Shown: positions 9,701-18,952, counted from the stretch's first letter. The stretch: 64,000 nucleotides of DNA from an uncultured bacterium (GCA_949293175.1 CASFCI010000008.1:954-64953), one strand, 5' to 3'. Program-made: numbers and translations. Notes: generated from the letters alone by a model not told the origin.

Positions 9701-10714
9701 ATGAAGATCCTACTTGATTGCCTTGGCGGGGACAAAGCGCCGGAAGAAGCCATAAAGGGCATCGCTTATGCCCTAGGGAAAGACAAAGACATCGAGATCG
9801 CGGCGATCGGCCCGGCCAAAACCATCAAAGAAGGATTGGAGAAGCTTGGCGCCGACGCAAGCCGCGTCAGCTATATCGAGGCGACCGAGGCGGTGCTAAA
9901 CACCGACCACCCGTCGCTATTCCTCAAGCAGAAGCCGAACTCGAGCCTCGCCAAAGCCTACGAGGAGCTTAGGGGCAAGGACGAATACGGGGCCTTGGTC
10001 TCCGCCGGCCCCACCGGCGCCATCCTCACCGGGGCTATACTCCGCCTTGGAAGGCTAAAAGGCGTGAGCCGCCCATGCCTGATGGCCACTTTGCCGACCA
10101 GGACTGGGAAACTAGTGAGGCTATTAGACGCCGGGGCCAATATGGACTGCAAGCCCGAATACCTCCTGCAGTTCGCATTGATGGCCGACACCTACCTCCG
10201 CTGCATCGGGATAGAGAACCCGCGCATCGGACTGCTCAACGTCGGCATGGAGGAAGGCAAGGGAAACGAACTTACCAAGGCCACCCATGAGCTGATCAAA
10301 GGGGCCGGGCTGAACTTCGTCGGCAATATCGAAGGGGACCACGTCTTAAAGGGCGAGGCCGATGCCATCGTCTGCGACGGGTTCGCCGGCAACGTCTTCA
10401 TCAAGTCGACCGAGGAGGCCTGCTACTACATATCCGACATGTTCAAGGAGGCCATATTCAAAAACGCCCTGACCAAGTTCGGGGCCTTGTTCCAGATAAA
10501 GGGCCTCAAGGCGGTCAAGAAGCCTTTTGAATTCGCCAGGAAGGCCTGCGCCCCGTTGTTAGGCACCAAGAAGCTGGTCCTCAAGTGCCATGGCAAAGCC
10601 AACGCCGAGACGTTCGGCGAAACGCTTCTGGAGGCCAAGCGGCTATTGGATGTCAATATCCTCGCAAAGATAGGCGATAAAATCGCAAATAGCCTGCAAA
10701 CCGCCGCTAAGTAA
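9701..10714 (+). CDS. plsX: Phosphate acyltransferase PlsX
   Basis: DCLGGDKAP, VSAGPTGA, LLDAGANMD, GLLNVGMEEGKG, VCDGFAGN. Confidence 0.96.
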   Translation: MKILLDCLGGDKAPEEAIKGIAYALGKDKDIEIAAIGPAKTIKEGLEKLGADASRVSYIEATEAVLNTDHPSLFLKQKPNSSLAKAYEELRGKDEYGALVSAGPTGAILTGAILRLGRLKGVSRPCLMATLPTRTGKLVRLLDAGANMDCKPEYLLQFALMADTYLRCIGIENPRIGLLNVGMEEGKGNELTKATHELIKGAGLNFVGNIEGDHVLKGEADAIVCDGFAGNVFIKSTEEACYYISDMFKEAIFKNALTKFGALFQIKGLKAVKKPFEFARKACAPLLGTKKLVLKCHGKANAETFGETLLEAKRLLDVNILAKIGDKIANSLQTAAK

Positions 10715-10726
10715 ATAGAAATCGCA

Positions 10727-10753
10727 AAAGCCCCGCGGATTATGCGGGGTTTT
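10727..10753 (+). terminator. Intrinsic terminator after plsX
   Basis: AAAGCCCCGC-GGATTAT-GCGGGGTTTT hairpin followed by T-run. Confidence 0.7.
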
Positions 10754-10788
10754 GCTTATCATCAACCTCGCTTGTGGCTCCGAACCGC

Positions 10789-11442
10789 CTAATTCTGCAA
10801 TCGGCCCATCAAATAATCCTGAAGAGCCCTTTTCGCCTTCTGAATACGGTCCTCTGCGTCTATTCCAGATTCGTCTTGCGCGAAATCGATTCGGCCTAGC
10901 TCTTTATGCTCATCATCGCGGCTTTCGATCACGAAGGCGCGGTTTTCCGCCCTGACCCGGAAACTATCGTAAAGCAGATACTTCCCTTTGCTGTCTTAGT
11001 CTATGTGTTATTCGCCGCCGACTTCTTAAAGGAATGCCTAACGAGAGGTCTCGGAGACATTCCGCTGCGTAAGCATGGTCGTTATCAAATAAGGTTTTTC
11101 GCTTTCAATCCAATACTTGCCATATCGGCCAGGCCGGAAGGACTGGTAGGCAACGTAGTAATAACGCCAGGCGAAACGGTGCTTCGCCTTGCAATCATCG
11201 ACGAATTCCTGCGCCATTCGCCTCAAGCCTTCATCGCTTAAATCATCATTGCTTAGCAATTGCCTGACGATATCTTTGGTCCTATCGAAGAATTCGCGGG
11301 ACTTCGATCTATGGAAGAGGCTTTCCCAGGCGCTTGAGTTTCTGCTTGAGCCGAACTGCCAACGCCACCCATTGGATTCCCTTTGCCCATAGTTCCCTAT
11401 CGACATCAATGCACAGTCGATGAGGTCGAAGCGCTCGCGCAC
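10789..11442 (-). pseudogene. C-terminal remnant of a DUF262-family (GmrSD-like) protein
   Basis: No credible start. The frame continues past in-frame stops at 11038, 11026, 11008 and 10996 to ...IDFAQDESGIDAEDRIQKAK...QN*. WRYYYVAY and GIDxEDRI resemble DUF262-protein C-termini (recalled, not searched). Confidence 0.55.
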
Positions 11443-11455
11443 TCAAAAATGACGC

Positions 11456-11484
11456 TTGACGGAGGAAAAACGTAAATTTATATT
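11456..11484 (+). promoter_or_regulatory. SigA-type promoter
   Basis: TTGACG-17 bp-TATATT. Confidence 0.75.
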
Positions 11485-11488
11485 ACTT

Positions 11489-11618
11489 GGCAGGAGGGGA
11501 ACCCGGTAACTTGCGCGTGAGATTCGCGCCTGGAGAAAGGCTTAGTAATCCCCAGGACTGTGTCGTACTCCTAGGCACCCGACACACTCCCCCCTGCCTT
11601 CGCGTGGGGGTTTCTTTT
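11489..11618 (+). ncRNA. Candidate structured small RNA A
   Basis: Follows a consensus promoter. Has a closing stem plus three internal hairpins, a terminator-like 3' end and no credible ORF. Confidence 0.55.
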
Positions 11619-11660
11619 TATCCATATCAACTAAACCGCGCTGGCCAATCCGACATTGGC

Positions 11661-11689
11661 TTGAACTGCTTAAGACAATCCGCTATATT
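11661..11689 (+). promoter_or_regulatory. SigA-type promoter
   Basis: TTGAAC-17 bp-TATATT. Confidence 0.65.
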
Positions 11690-11695
11690 ACATTT

Positions 11696-11772
11696 GGACT
11701 ATGGAACGGCGCAGATCGTTCCCCACGGCTTCGGCCGTTGGCCTGGGCTCCGGTCGGACGGAGCCATTTTTT
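11696..11772 (+). ncRNA. Candidate small RNA B
   Basis: Hairpins GGAACG/CGTTCC and ACGGC-TTCG-GCCGT, then terminator GGCTCCG/CGGAGCC-ATTTTTT. Confidence 0.5.
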
Positions 11773-11918
11773 ATGCCGATTGCTTGCAAAGAAATCGTCT
11801 AATCAATGCAGATTGCGCCTAAGCATTCAGATGCAGACTTATCGGAAACTCTGAATGAATGTAGCGTTGCCGGCAAAAAAATAAGAAAAAATGCCGTTTG
11901 AACGGCATTGATTTCATG

Positions 11919-12011
11919 TGGCGGAGGCGTCGAGATTTGAACTCGAGCGCCGGGAAATCCCGACCTAACAGGTTAGCAACCTGCCCCCTTCGGCCTCTTG
12001 GGTACGCCTCC
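11919..12011 (-). tRNA. tRNA-Ser (GCT)
   Basis: GGAGGCG acceptor, GCAGG-TTGCTAA-CCTGT anticodon arm, long variable arm, TTCAAAT T-loop, CCA end. Confidence 0.95.
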
Positions 12012-12138
12012 GTGCCGGTAAATAATACAACAGACGGGAAAATAAAGTAATAGGGAATCTCGATTTGCCACCAATAACCGTCGATAGGCGTTTTTGTATA
12101 AGAAAGGCCCGGATGCAATCATCATCCGGGCCATCTTA

Positions 12139-13578
12139 TCAATAGGCCTTGGCGAAGTAGACGACCTTGGTCGCCTTCTTGCCGCATATCGGACAGGTCG
12201 ATTCGAACGGCTCCTCGCCCTCTCCGATGCACCGCGCGGTCCCGCCGGCGGTGATCTCCTTGACCTTGAGCTCGCACTCCTCGTCTCCGCACCAGCACAT
12301 CTTGGCATACCCGCCTTCGTTGAGTATGGCTTTTAGCTCCTCGACGTCGTGGGCCTCCTTGATGTGGCTATGCAGGAAGTCGAGGGCCTTCTTGTACATA
12401 TCCTCGTGGATCTCGTCGAGGATCGAGGGGATGGCCTTCTCGATCTCCTCGATGGGGGCGACGCGCTTCTCGCCGTTGACCCGCTTCACCAGGCAGACGT
12501 TGCCCTGCTGCAGGTCGCGCGGACCGAGCTCTAGACGCAGCGGCACGCCCTTCATCTCGTATTCGGCGAACTTCCAGCCCGGGGTCTTCTCCGAATCGTC
12601 GAGTTTGACCCGGATGCCCATGTTGGTGAGGGTATCCTTGATCTCGCGGCACTTGTCGAGGATGCCCGGCGCATCCATCTTGATTGGGACGATGACGACC
12701 TGCACCGGAGCGACGCGCGGGGGCAAAACCAAGCCATTGTCGTCGCCATGGACCATGATGATGGCCCCAAGCAGCCTAGTGGAGACGCCCCAGCTGGTCT
12801 GATGGGGGATCTCGAGCTTATTCGACCTTCCCAGGTAGCGGATGCCAAAGGCATCGGCGAACCCCTGCCCCAGGTAATGGGTGGTGCCGGATTGCAGCGC
12901 CTTCCCATCGTGCATGAGGGCCTCGATGGTGTAGGTGGCGACCGCCCCGGCGAACTTCTCGTGGTCGGTCTTTATGCCCTTGACGAAGGGGATGGCCAGT
13001 AAGTCCTTGCCGAGGTCATCGTAGACCTTGAGCATGTCGCGGGCGTTCTTCTCGGCCTCCTCGCGGGTCTCGAATAGGCAGTGTCCCTCCTGCCAGAGGA
13101 ACTCCGAGCCGCGTAAGAACGGGCGGGTGGTCTTCTCCCACCTGACGACCGAGCACCACTGGTTGTAGATCTTCGGCAGGTCGCGGTAGGACGAGACGAG
13201 CCGCTTGTAGAGGTCGGAGAAAAGCACCTCCGAGGTAGGACGGATGATCAGCGGATCGGACAGCTTCTCGCCACCACCATAGGTGGCCACCAAGGTCTCG
13301 GGGGCGAAGCCCTCGATGTGGTCCTTCTCCTTATTGAACAAGGATGAGGGGATGACCATCGGCAGGTAGACGTTGCTCGAGCCATGCTCGGCGAACCGCT
13401 TGTTCAGATACCCTTGGATGACCTCCCACATGGAATATGAATAGGGAAGGTAGTTGATGAACCCCTTGACGGTGGAGTAGTCCATGAGCTCCGCCTTCTT
13501 GCACACATCGGTGTACCACTGGGCGAAGTCGACGTCCCGCGGGGTTATCGAATCGTTTTTCTTTGTCGCGTTTGCCAT
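12139..13578 (-). CDS. proS: Proline--tRNA ligase, archaeal/eukaryote-like type
   Basis: IRPTSEV, FLWQEGH, LQSGTTHYLGQ, TSWGVSTR, C-terminal Zn domain ending YFAKAY. Confidence 0.96.
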   Translation of the reverse strand: MANATKKNDSITPRDVDFAQWYTDVCKKAELMDYSTVKGFINYLPYSYSMWEVIQGYLNKRFAEHGSSNVYLPMVIPSSLFNKEKDHIEGFAPETLVATYGGGEKLSDPLIIRPTSEVLFSDLYKRLVSSYRDLPKIYNQWCSVVRWEKTTRPFLRGSEFLWQEGHCLFETREEAEKNARDMLKVYDDLGKDLLAIPFVKGIKTDHEKFAGAVATYTIEALMHDGKALQSGTTHYLGQGFADAFGIRYLGRSNKLEIPHQTSWGVSTRLLGAIIMVHGDDNGLVLPPRVAPVQVVIVPIKMDAPGILDKCREIKDTLTNMGIRVKLDDSEKTPGWKFAEYEMKGVPLRLELGPRDLQQGNVCLVKRVNGEKRVAPIEEIEKAIPSILDEIHEDMYKKALDFLHSHIKEAHDVEELKAILNEGGYAKMCWCGDEECELKVKEITAGGTARCIGEGEEPFESTCPICGKKATKVVYFAKAY

Positions 13579-13605
13579 AAATTGACCTCAATTGCAAATC
13601 ATACT

Positions 13606-15339
13606 CTATCTTTTGAACTCGGCTACCCGCTTTATCGCCTTTGGCGCGACGGGCAGTATCATCTCCGAATAGGGGGCGAAGCACTCGGCCGAGATGAAGT
13701 CGAGCCCGCTTCGGACCAATAGCTCCAGCGATGCCCAGCCCTCGATGTCGTTGGCGATGATGGGCTTGTGGTACTTGAGCAGCTTCTCGACCATCACGTG
13801 GAGCTGGCTTCTGACCAAGGCGTCCATGTCCTTGGCGTTGCCGGCGAACATGAAGTCGCAGACGAAGAAGTCGAAGGCGTCGTATACCGTGGTCGGCAGC
13901 CCCAGCTCGCCCTCGTTTAGCTCCAGGGCGACCGAGTATCCCTTGGCCTTGATCGAGCGCATGTCGGAGTAGATGTCCCCCGGCGCGGTCGGATTGAAAT
14001 GGGCCTTGATGTCGGTCTCGTTGAAGAGGAACACGATCCGGCTCGTCTTGGCCTTGGGGAGCCTGGCGAAGGTGGTGAGCATATATGGCCGCTCCTCGGT
14101 GCGGACCGGGAAGAAGAGGGCCTGCTTGTCATCCTGCCGCTCGGAGACGTATAGCGGCATGGTGTTCCTGGCGATGGTGGAGAATAGGTCCCCGAGGTCG
14201 TCGGTCCTGGCCGCGTAGTCCTTTAGCTCGTCGATCGAGTCGAAGTAGGTGTCGACCGGCTTGCAGCGGGTCAGGAAGCCGATGGTCGCGGCGGAGTTGG
14301 CGCTGTAGATCGGGCGGAACTCGTACTTGAGCCGCTTCTCGTTGATGATCCGCTCGACCTCGGTGCGGTAGCTCGAGTCGTTGAGCGGGTTGACCGATTT
14401 GCGGCCCTTCTCATAGACCAGTATCTGCTCATCGTCGTCGAAGGCGATCTGGGCGGTCTTCCTGGCGTAATCGAGTATCGCCTCGCCGTTGCCGTCGAAG
14501 AATTGGTGCCCGACCAGCCCCACCCTCATGTCGATCTTGGATAGGTAGCCGGACAGCGCCAGATAGCGGTTCACCGCGGCGATGCAGGAATGCACGAAGT
14601 GGCTGGCCTCCTGCTTGCTGGACAGCTTGACGTCGGATACCAGCAGCTCGTTGTGGCTCGCCTCAAGCAGGTAGCGCCGCTGCTCGGTCAGACCATATAG
14701 GGTTGTCTTGATGTGGGTCCAGACCAGCGGCTCGATCTCAGCGTCCTTATCCGATATCTTCCGGTACTGGAAGCGGAAGCAGGCGGTGAACCCCCGCTTC
14801 TTGCAGGCGTTGAGCGCGGCGATCACCTGCTTCGAATTCGAGGTGCCTTTGAACCCCTTAGGCGATTTCTTGGGGACGATGTACTTAAGCTTATGACGCT
14901 GAAGGTGGATTATCTGGTGCTTCCTGTCGACGTGGTCGACCTGCAATAGGTAATAGAACTGCTTCCTGGATTTCGATGGGCCCTCGGTCTGGACATTGGT
15001 CTCCAGGAAGTCGGGGGCATCCGACCCCTTGTCCAGCAGCGAATTGACCCACTCGATGACCCGGGTCTGCTCGTCGGAGGCGAAGTGGGAATAGAATTCG
15101 CCAAGCGATAAATGGCTGGCCTCGGAAAGACCGCTGGAGCTGAAGGTGGTCACGTTGTTGTGAGCGACGTCAAGTATGTAGATTGAGACGGCGTTGCGGC
15201 TATCGACCAGTTTGGCGCGATAATTGCGGCTCTTCCTTTTCCCGGCCAAAAAGAACGCCAGCAACGCGATCAGCAAAACCAGCAGGCAGACCTCTATGGC
15301 CATCACCGGGATGAATTTCAAGTCTAAAAGCGCGTTCAT
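13606..15339 (-). CDS. Membrane-anchored protein with degenerate GGDEF and EAL domains
   Basis: N-terminal TM helix. YEFRPIYS and IIANDIEGWASLELLVRSGLDFIS follow the EAL fold, but EAL and GGDEF signatures are absent. Start uncertain. Confidence 0.7.
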   Translation of the reverse strand: MNALLDLKFIPVMAIEVCLLVLLIALLAFFLAGKRKSRNYRAKLVDSRNAVSIYILDVAHNNVTTFSSSGLSEASHLSLGEFYSHFASDEQTRVIEWVNSLLDKGSDAPDFLETNVQTEGPSKSRKQFYYLLQVDHVDRKHQIIHLQRHKLKYIVPKKSPKGFKGTSNSKQVIAALNACKKRGFTACFRFQYRKISDKDAEIEPLVWTHIKTTLYGLTEQRRYLLEASHNELLVSDVKLSSKQEASHFVHSCIAAVNRYLALSGYLSKIDMRVGLVGHQFFDGNGEAILDYARKTAQIAFDDDEQILVYEKGRKSVNPLNDSSYRTEVERIINEKRLKYEFRPIYSANSAATIGFLTRCKPVDTYFDSIDELKDYAARTDDLGDLFSTIARNTMPLYVSERQDDKQALFFPVRTEERPYMLTTFARLPKAKTSRIVFLFNETDIKAHFNPTAPGDIYSDMRSIKAKGYSVALELNEGELGLPTTVYDAFDFFVCDFMFAGNAKDMDALVRSQLHVMVEKLLKYHKPIIANDIEGWASLELLVRSGLDFISAECFAPYSEMILPVAPKAIKRVAEFKR

Positions 15340-15449
15340 CTGCTGCATAAGGATAGCACAACTTCCCACTCGCGCGCATACTTACGCCCACCTAGGCAAC
15401 TTTCGATTGTCTAAAGGGAAGAAGGGTGATAGTATTAACGCCGCGACCC

Positions 15450-15541
15450 GGAGAAGTACCCAAGCGGTTGAAGGGGTCAGTTTCGAAAACTGATAGTGGG
15501 GCCCTGCTCCAGCCGGGGTTCGAATCCCCGCTTCTCCGCCA
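15450..15541 (+). tRNA. tRNA-Ser (CGA)
   Basis: TCAGT-TTCGAAA-ACTGA anticodon arm, long variable arm, TTCGAAT, CCA. Confidence 0.95.
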
Positions 15542-15546
15542 GCAAG

Positions 15547-15576
15547 AAAAAACGGCGAGCATTGCTCGCCTTTTTT
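15547..15576. terminator. Bidirectional intrinsic terminator
   Basis: A-run, GGCGAGC-ATT-GCTCGCC, T-run, lying between convergent genes. Confidence 0.75.
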
Positions 15577-15577
15577 G

Positions 15578-16648
15578 TTATTTTATCGGCTTGATGTAGA
15601 AGTGCCCGTATACCTGCTTTAGCTCGGTGACCTCGACGAAGGTGTTGGGGTCGGTCTCGCGGATGACCTTGACGGTCCGGCTCAGCTCGTAGGAGGAGAT
15701 GACCATCTCGATGATCGTCTTCTGTCTTCCGGAGAACGCGCCCTGGCCGTGGATCACGGTCGCCCCGTGCGGTATGTTGGCCATCAATACCTGGACCAGG
15801 CCCGGGTTGTCGGTTACGACCTCAACCTTCATCTTCTTGTTCCGCAGGTTGATCATGTCGATGACGCACATGGAGACAATCAGGTAAACGATTGAATACA
15901 GCGCCGCGGCGACCACGTCAAACGCCGACTTGTCAGCCCAGCCGATGTTGGTGGCGGCGAGGATTGAATAGACGATGAGGATGCCGGCATTGATATAGGC
16001 CGAGTATTTCCCAACCAGGGTGGATTTCTTCAGCGCGATGTAATAGGCGACGACGTCGATTCCACCGCTGCTGGCGTCGACCTTAAAAGTCAAGGCGCTG
16101 GAAAGCCCGGTGCACACACCGGCGAATATAGCTCGGGCCAGCAGTCCTCCATTATCCTCAACATAAGTGGCAATCGGATCGATGATTGTATTCTCGACCC
16201 ATTCAATTGACAGCAAATTGGTGAAAAGGGATATCTCAACGATATTGATCAAGGTAATGATGGTGAAGCGCTTACCAACGCCAACCCAAGCCAGGATGAC
16301 GATAGGGACGTTGACAAGAAAGTAGAGGATTGAGTAAATGAGGTCCTCGTTTTTGACTACCAGGTTGGCAAACGAGTCGGGAAAAAGCTCGAGAGCCATG
16401 ATGATGGTTTGCGAAAGTCCCGAAGCCCCTCCGGATACTAGCCTCAAAATGGGCTCGTCGCCGACTCCCGATCCGCCAATGACGTCGCGCGGAACCAGGA
16501 AGAACTTGTACCCGATGGTGAAGATAAGGGCGCTGACGGTGCAGATGAACAGGGCATAAGTCCAGGAAACGGTGGACTTTAGGCGACTATGGTCGTATAG
16601 GAAGTCGTTTATCTTAGACAAGGGACCATGTCTTTTTGACTTTGGCAT
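15578..16648 (-). CDS. YitT-family membrane protein (DUF161/DUF2179)
   Basis: SGGASGLS, SSGGIDVVA, HGATVIHGQGAFSG, TDPNTFV. Confidence 0.9.
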   Translation of the reverse strand: MPKSKRHGPLSKINDFLYDHSRLKSTVSWTYALFICTVSALIFTIGYKFFLVPRDVIGGSGVGDEPILRLVSGGASGLSQTIIMALELFPDSFANLVVKNEDLIYSILYFLVNVPIVILAWVGVGKRFTIITLINIVEISLFTNLLSIEWVENTIIDPIATYVEDNGGLLARAIFAGVCTGLSSALTFKVDASSGGIDVVAYYIALKKSTLVGKYSAYINAGILIVYSILAATNIGWADKSAFDVVAAALYSIVYLIVSMCVIDMINLRNKKMKVEVVTDNPGLVQVLMANIPHGATVIHGQGAFSGRQKTIIEMVISSYELSRTVKVIRETDPNTFVEVTELKQVYGHFYIKPIK

Positions 16649-16947
16649 ACGTGCGCATTATAAGAATGTTAAAGCTACTAATAAAGTGGGAAATTCGGCA
16701 AATGGACTAACCTCCGTTTTTGTCTATTTTGCCCTTTTGAAAAGTGAATAATTCTTTGTAATTCCCCGCAGAAACTCAATTAACCCGCAAAACCTTTCCA
16801 AAAGCCCAACAAGAAAAACGGGGAATTGCGAGGCTAATATCGGCCCTCCCGGCCGCGCCCAAATACGATGTTGCCTAGCAAAAGTGCTGATGGTATCATT
16901 AACCCGCTGTTTAGTAATAAACAGGCCGTTTCATTCGGAGGAAAGTA

Positions 16948-17850
16948 ATGGTCATATTGAAATCGATTGGCGCCTTCTTCACTAAGCTTTGGCGCTGGAT
17001 CAAGGAGACCGCCTGGGTGCAGCCGCTGCTAATCGTCGGCGCCATATTCGCGGTCATATTCTCTATCCCGAAGATCACCGACTGGGTCCAGTCCATGGGC
17101 TTCGGCTCGGCTAGCCGCTACTACGCCGCCTTCCAGCTCAACCTCGAGGGCGAGACCAGCGACATCTTCCAGTTCAACACCAAGGCCGACGAGGCCACCA
17201 AGGCCATCAACGACTGGTCCAACTTCGAGGACACCTACGCCACCTACGACGAATACATCGCCGCAATGGAGCAAAGCGAGGAGAACCCGATCGAGAAATA
17301 CGGTGAGAAGTTCTTCCTCGTCTACGTCGAGGGTGAGGATTGCGCCAACTGCGAGGCCGCCCAGCCGGGCTTCGAGACCCTTCAGAACTACTGGGGCACC
17401 CGCTACGTCGCCGATGATGGCCGCCCGTTCAAGATGTACACCATCTTCGCCGACGAGGATTCCTCCAACGACGATGACTATGACATAGAGGATGACCAGA
17501 AGGCCTTCAACCGCTACCTCGACAAGTTCGCCGACAACGACTTCTTCTCCCAGGCCGGCGGACGCCTTGCCGATGAGACCCCGTACAAGATCAACGCCTC
17601 CATCGGCGATGCCGACTACGAGAACTTCACCAATGCCGACCACACCAGCTTCGCGGTCCCGACCGTCTTGCTCATCGACTTCTCCGAGCAGGCCTTCGAC
17701 CTCCGCAGCTCCCGCCCGGGCGTGAGCGAGGTCATCTTCGGGGTCACCGGCAACGACTCCAACGCCAAGGCCGAGCTGCTCCTGCAGATGTGGAACCACA
17801 CCTCGAACGACATCACCAACCCCTTCACCGATTACTACGTCAAGGGCTAA
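16948..17850 (+). CDS. Membrane-anchored acidic protein with thioredoxin-like CxxC
   Basis: N-terminal TM segment. FFLVYV...CANC motif and a later VPT cis-Pro-like motif. Strong core codon bias. Confidence 0.7.
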   Translation: MVILKSIGAFFTKLWRWIKETAWVQPLLIVGAIFAVIFSIPKITDWVQSMGFGSASRYYAAFQLNLEGETSDIFQFNTKADEATKAINDWSNFEDTYATYDEYIAAMEQSEENPIEKYGEKFFLVYVEGEDCANCEAAQPGFETLQNYWGTRYVADDGRPFKMYTIFADEDSSNDDDYDIEDDQKAFNRYLDKFADNDFFSQAGGRLADETPYKINASIGDADYENFTNADHTSFAVPTVLLIDFSEQAFDLRSSRPGVSEVIFGVTGNDSNAKAELLLQMWNHTSNDITNPFTDYYVKG

Positions 17851-17862
17851 GCATAACCAAAC

Positions 17863-17886
17863 GGCCTCCGCACGGAGGCCTTTTTT
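17863..17886 (+). terminator. Intrinsic terminator
   Basis: GGCCTCC-GCAC-GGAGGCC-TTTTTT. Confidence 0.8.
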
Positions 17887-17918
17887 CATGCCGATAAGGA
17901 AGGTAGAATATTCAGGCA

Positions 17919-18479
17919 ATGGAAAACATAATCATCAAATCCGGCCCGCTTAAGGCCATTACCACCACCAAAGGCAACCCAATCGACACCGAGACCATCG
18001 TCGAGGACTACGCCTGCTATTCCGACACCTCGATGAAGCTCACCATCCTCTCCAACGACGACATCCCGCTGTTCTTCGCCATCCCCGGCAAGATCATCGG
18101 GGCGATGAAGATCGGCAAGGACGAGATCGAGACCAAGCAGCTCACCGCCAACCTCCGGTCAAGCCTGGTATCCTTGGGACTGGATGCCACCGAAATGCAC
18201 TGCATAATCGGACCCTGCCTAACCTTCTCGCACATGCCGGTCGAAAGGAAAGTCATCGAGAAGCTATTGGACGACGGCTTCATGCTGGCGGCCAAGCGGA
18301 CCGACGGGGTCGATTTCCTCGACCTGCCGGATTTCGTCCTCACCGAGCTGCGCCATCTTGGGGTCAAGATGGAAAACATCGTCATCGGCGACTACGACAC
18401 GTTCGAAAACCCCGAGATGCTCTACTCGAGGCTGCGCGGGGATAAGGAGCTGAACGCCACCACCGCTTACTTGGGCTGA
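17919..18479 (+). CDS. Short YfiH/PgeF (laccase-domain)-like protein, probably degenerate
   Basis: IIGPC, FLDLP, LGVKMENI, YSRLRG follow the YfiH C-terminal pattern. ADC and HAGW motifs are replaced. Confidence 0.65.
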   Translation: MENIIIKSGPLKAITTTKGNPIDTETIVEDYACYSDTSMKLTILSNDDIPLFFAIPGKIIGAMKIGKDEIETKQLTANLRSSLVSLGLDATEMHCIIGPCLTFSHMPVERKVIEKLLDDGFMLAAKRTDGVDFLDLPDFVLTELRHLGVKMENIVIGDYDTFENPEMLYSRLRGDKELNATTAYLG

Positions 18480-18952
18480 TTCTTGGTCAGCTCGAACATC
18501 TTGACTACCGACGGGGGGACAAGCGAAGAGATGTCCGCCCCGTTTTTATGTAGCTCGAGGATGGTCGAGGAGGATATGAAGCTGGTCTTCGAGCCGGCCA
18601 TGAAGAAAACCATGTCGATGTCGGGGTCGACGTAGGAGTTGGCGGCGGCGAACTGGAACTCGTACTCGAAGTCTGTCACCGCCCTTAGCCCGCGGATGAT
18701 ATGCTGCGCCCCTACTTTCTTGGCATAGGCCACCGTCAGCCCGGAGGTGAAGTCGACGTCGACCTTATCCATCCCGGCAGTCGCCTCCCTCATCATCTGC
18801 AGCCGCTCATCGACGGTGAAGTTGCTCTTCTTCCCGGGGTTGACCGCCAATAGGAGCGTCACGTGGTCGAATACCTTGCAGGCCCTTTCCAGGACATCCA
18901 GATGCCCGTTGGTTACCGGATCGAACGATCCAGGATAAACTGCTTTCTTCAT
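18467..18952 (-). CDS. coaD: Pantetheine-phosphate adenylyltransferase
   Basis: [31 protein letters not shown]. Confidence 0.97.
   Translation of the reverse strand: MKKAVYPGSFDPVTNGHLDVLERACKVFDHVTLLLAVNPGKKSNFTVDERLQMMREATAGMDKVDVDFTSGLTVAYAKKVGAQHIIRGLRAVTDFEYEFQFAAANSYVDPDIDMVFFMAGSKTSFISSSTILELHKNGADISSLVPPSVVKMFELTKNQPK

Noticed and set aside
10996..11040. Stop-codon reassignment as the explanation for the clustered stops
   Set aside because: TAA, TAG and TGA all end genuine genes in this window, and the stops are confined to one 45-bp patch.
11640..11750. ZMP/ZTP (pfl) riboswitch-like GCCGTTGGCCTGGGC
   Set aside because: The conserved 5' GACTGGCG/P2 elements are absent, the candidate partner lies upstream of the promoter, and no gene follows.
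16754..16833. Imperfect inverted repeat (TGTAATTCCCCG...CGGGGAATTGCG) in a divergent intergenic region
   Set aside because: Single copy, no target-site duplication seen. Not enough evidence for a MITE or ncRNA.
17029..17919. Long antisense ORFs (also 12167-12802, 23191-23808, 44681-45397, 50826-51827)
   Set aside because: Shadow frames opposite well-supported genes, expected with high GC3 codon bias. No motifs.
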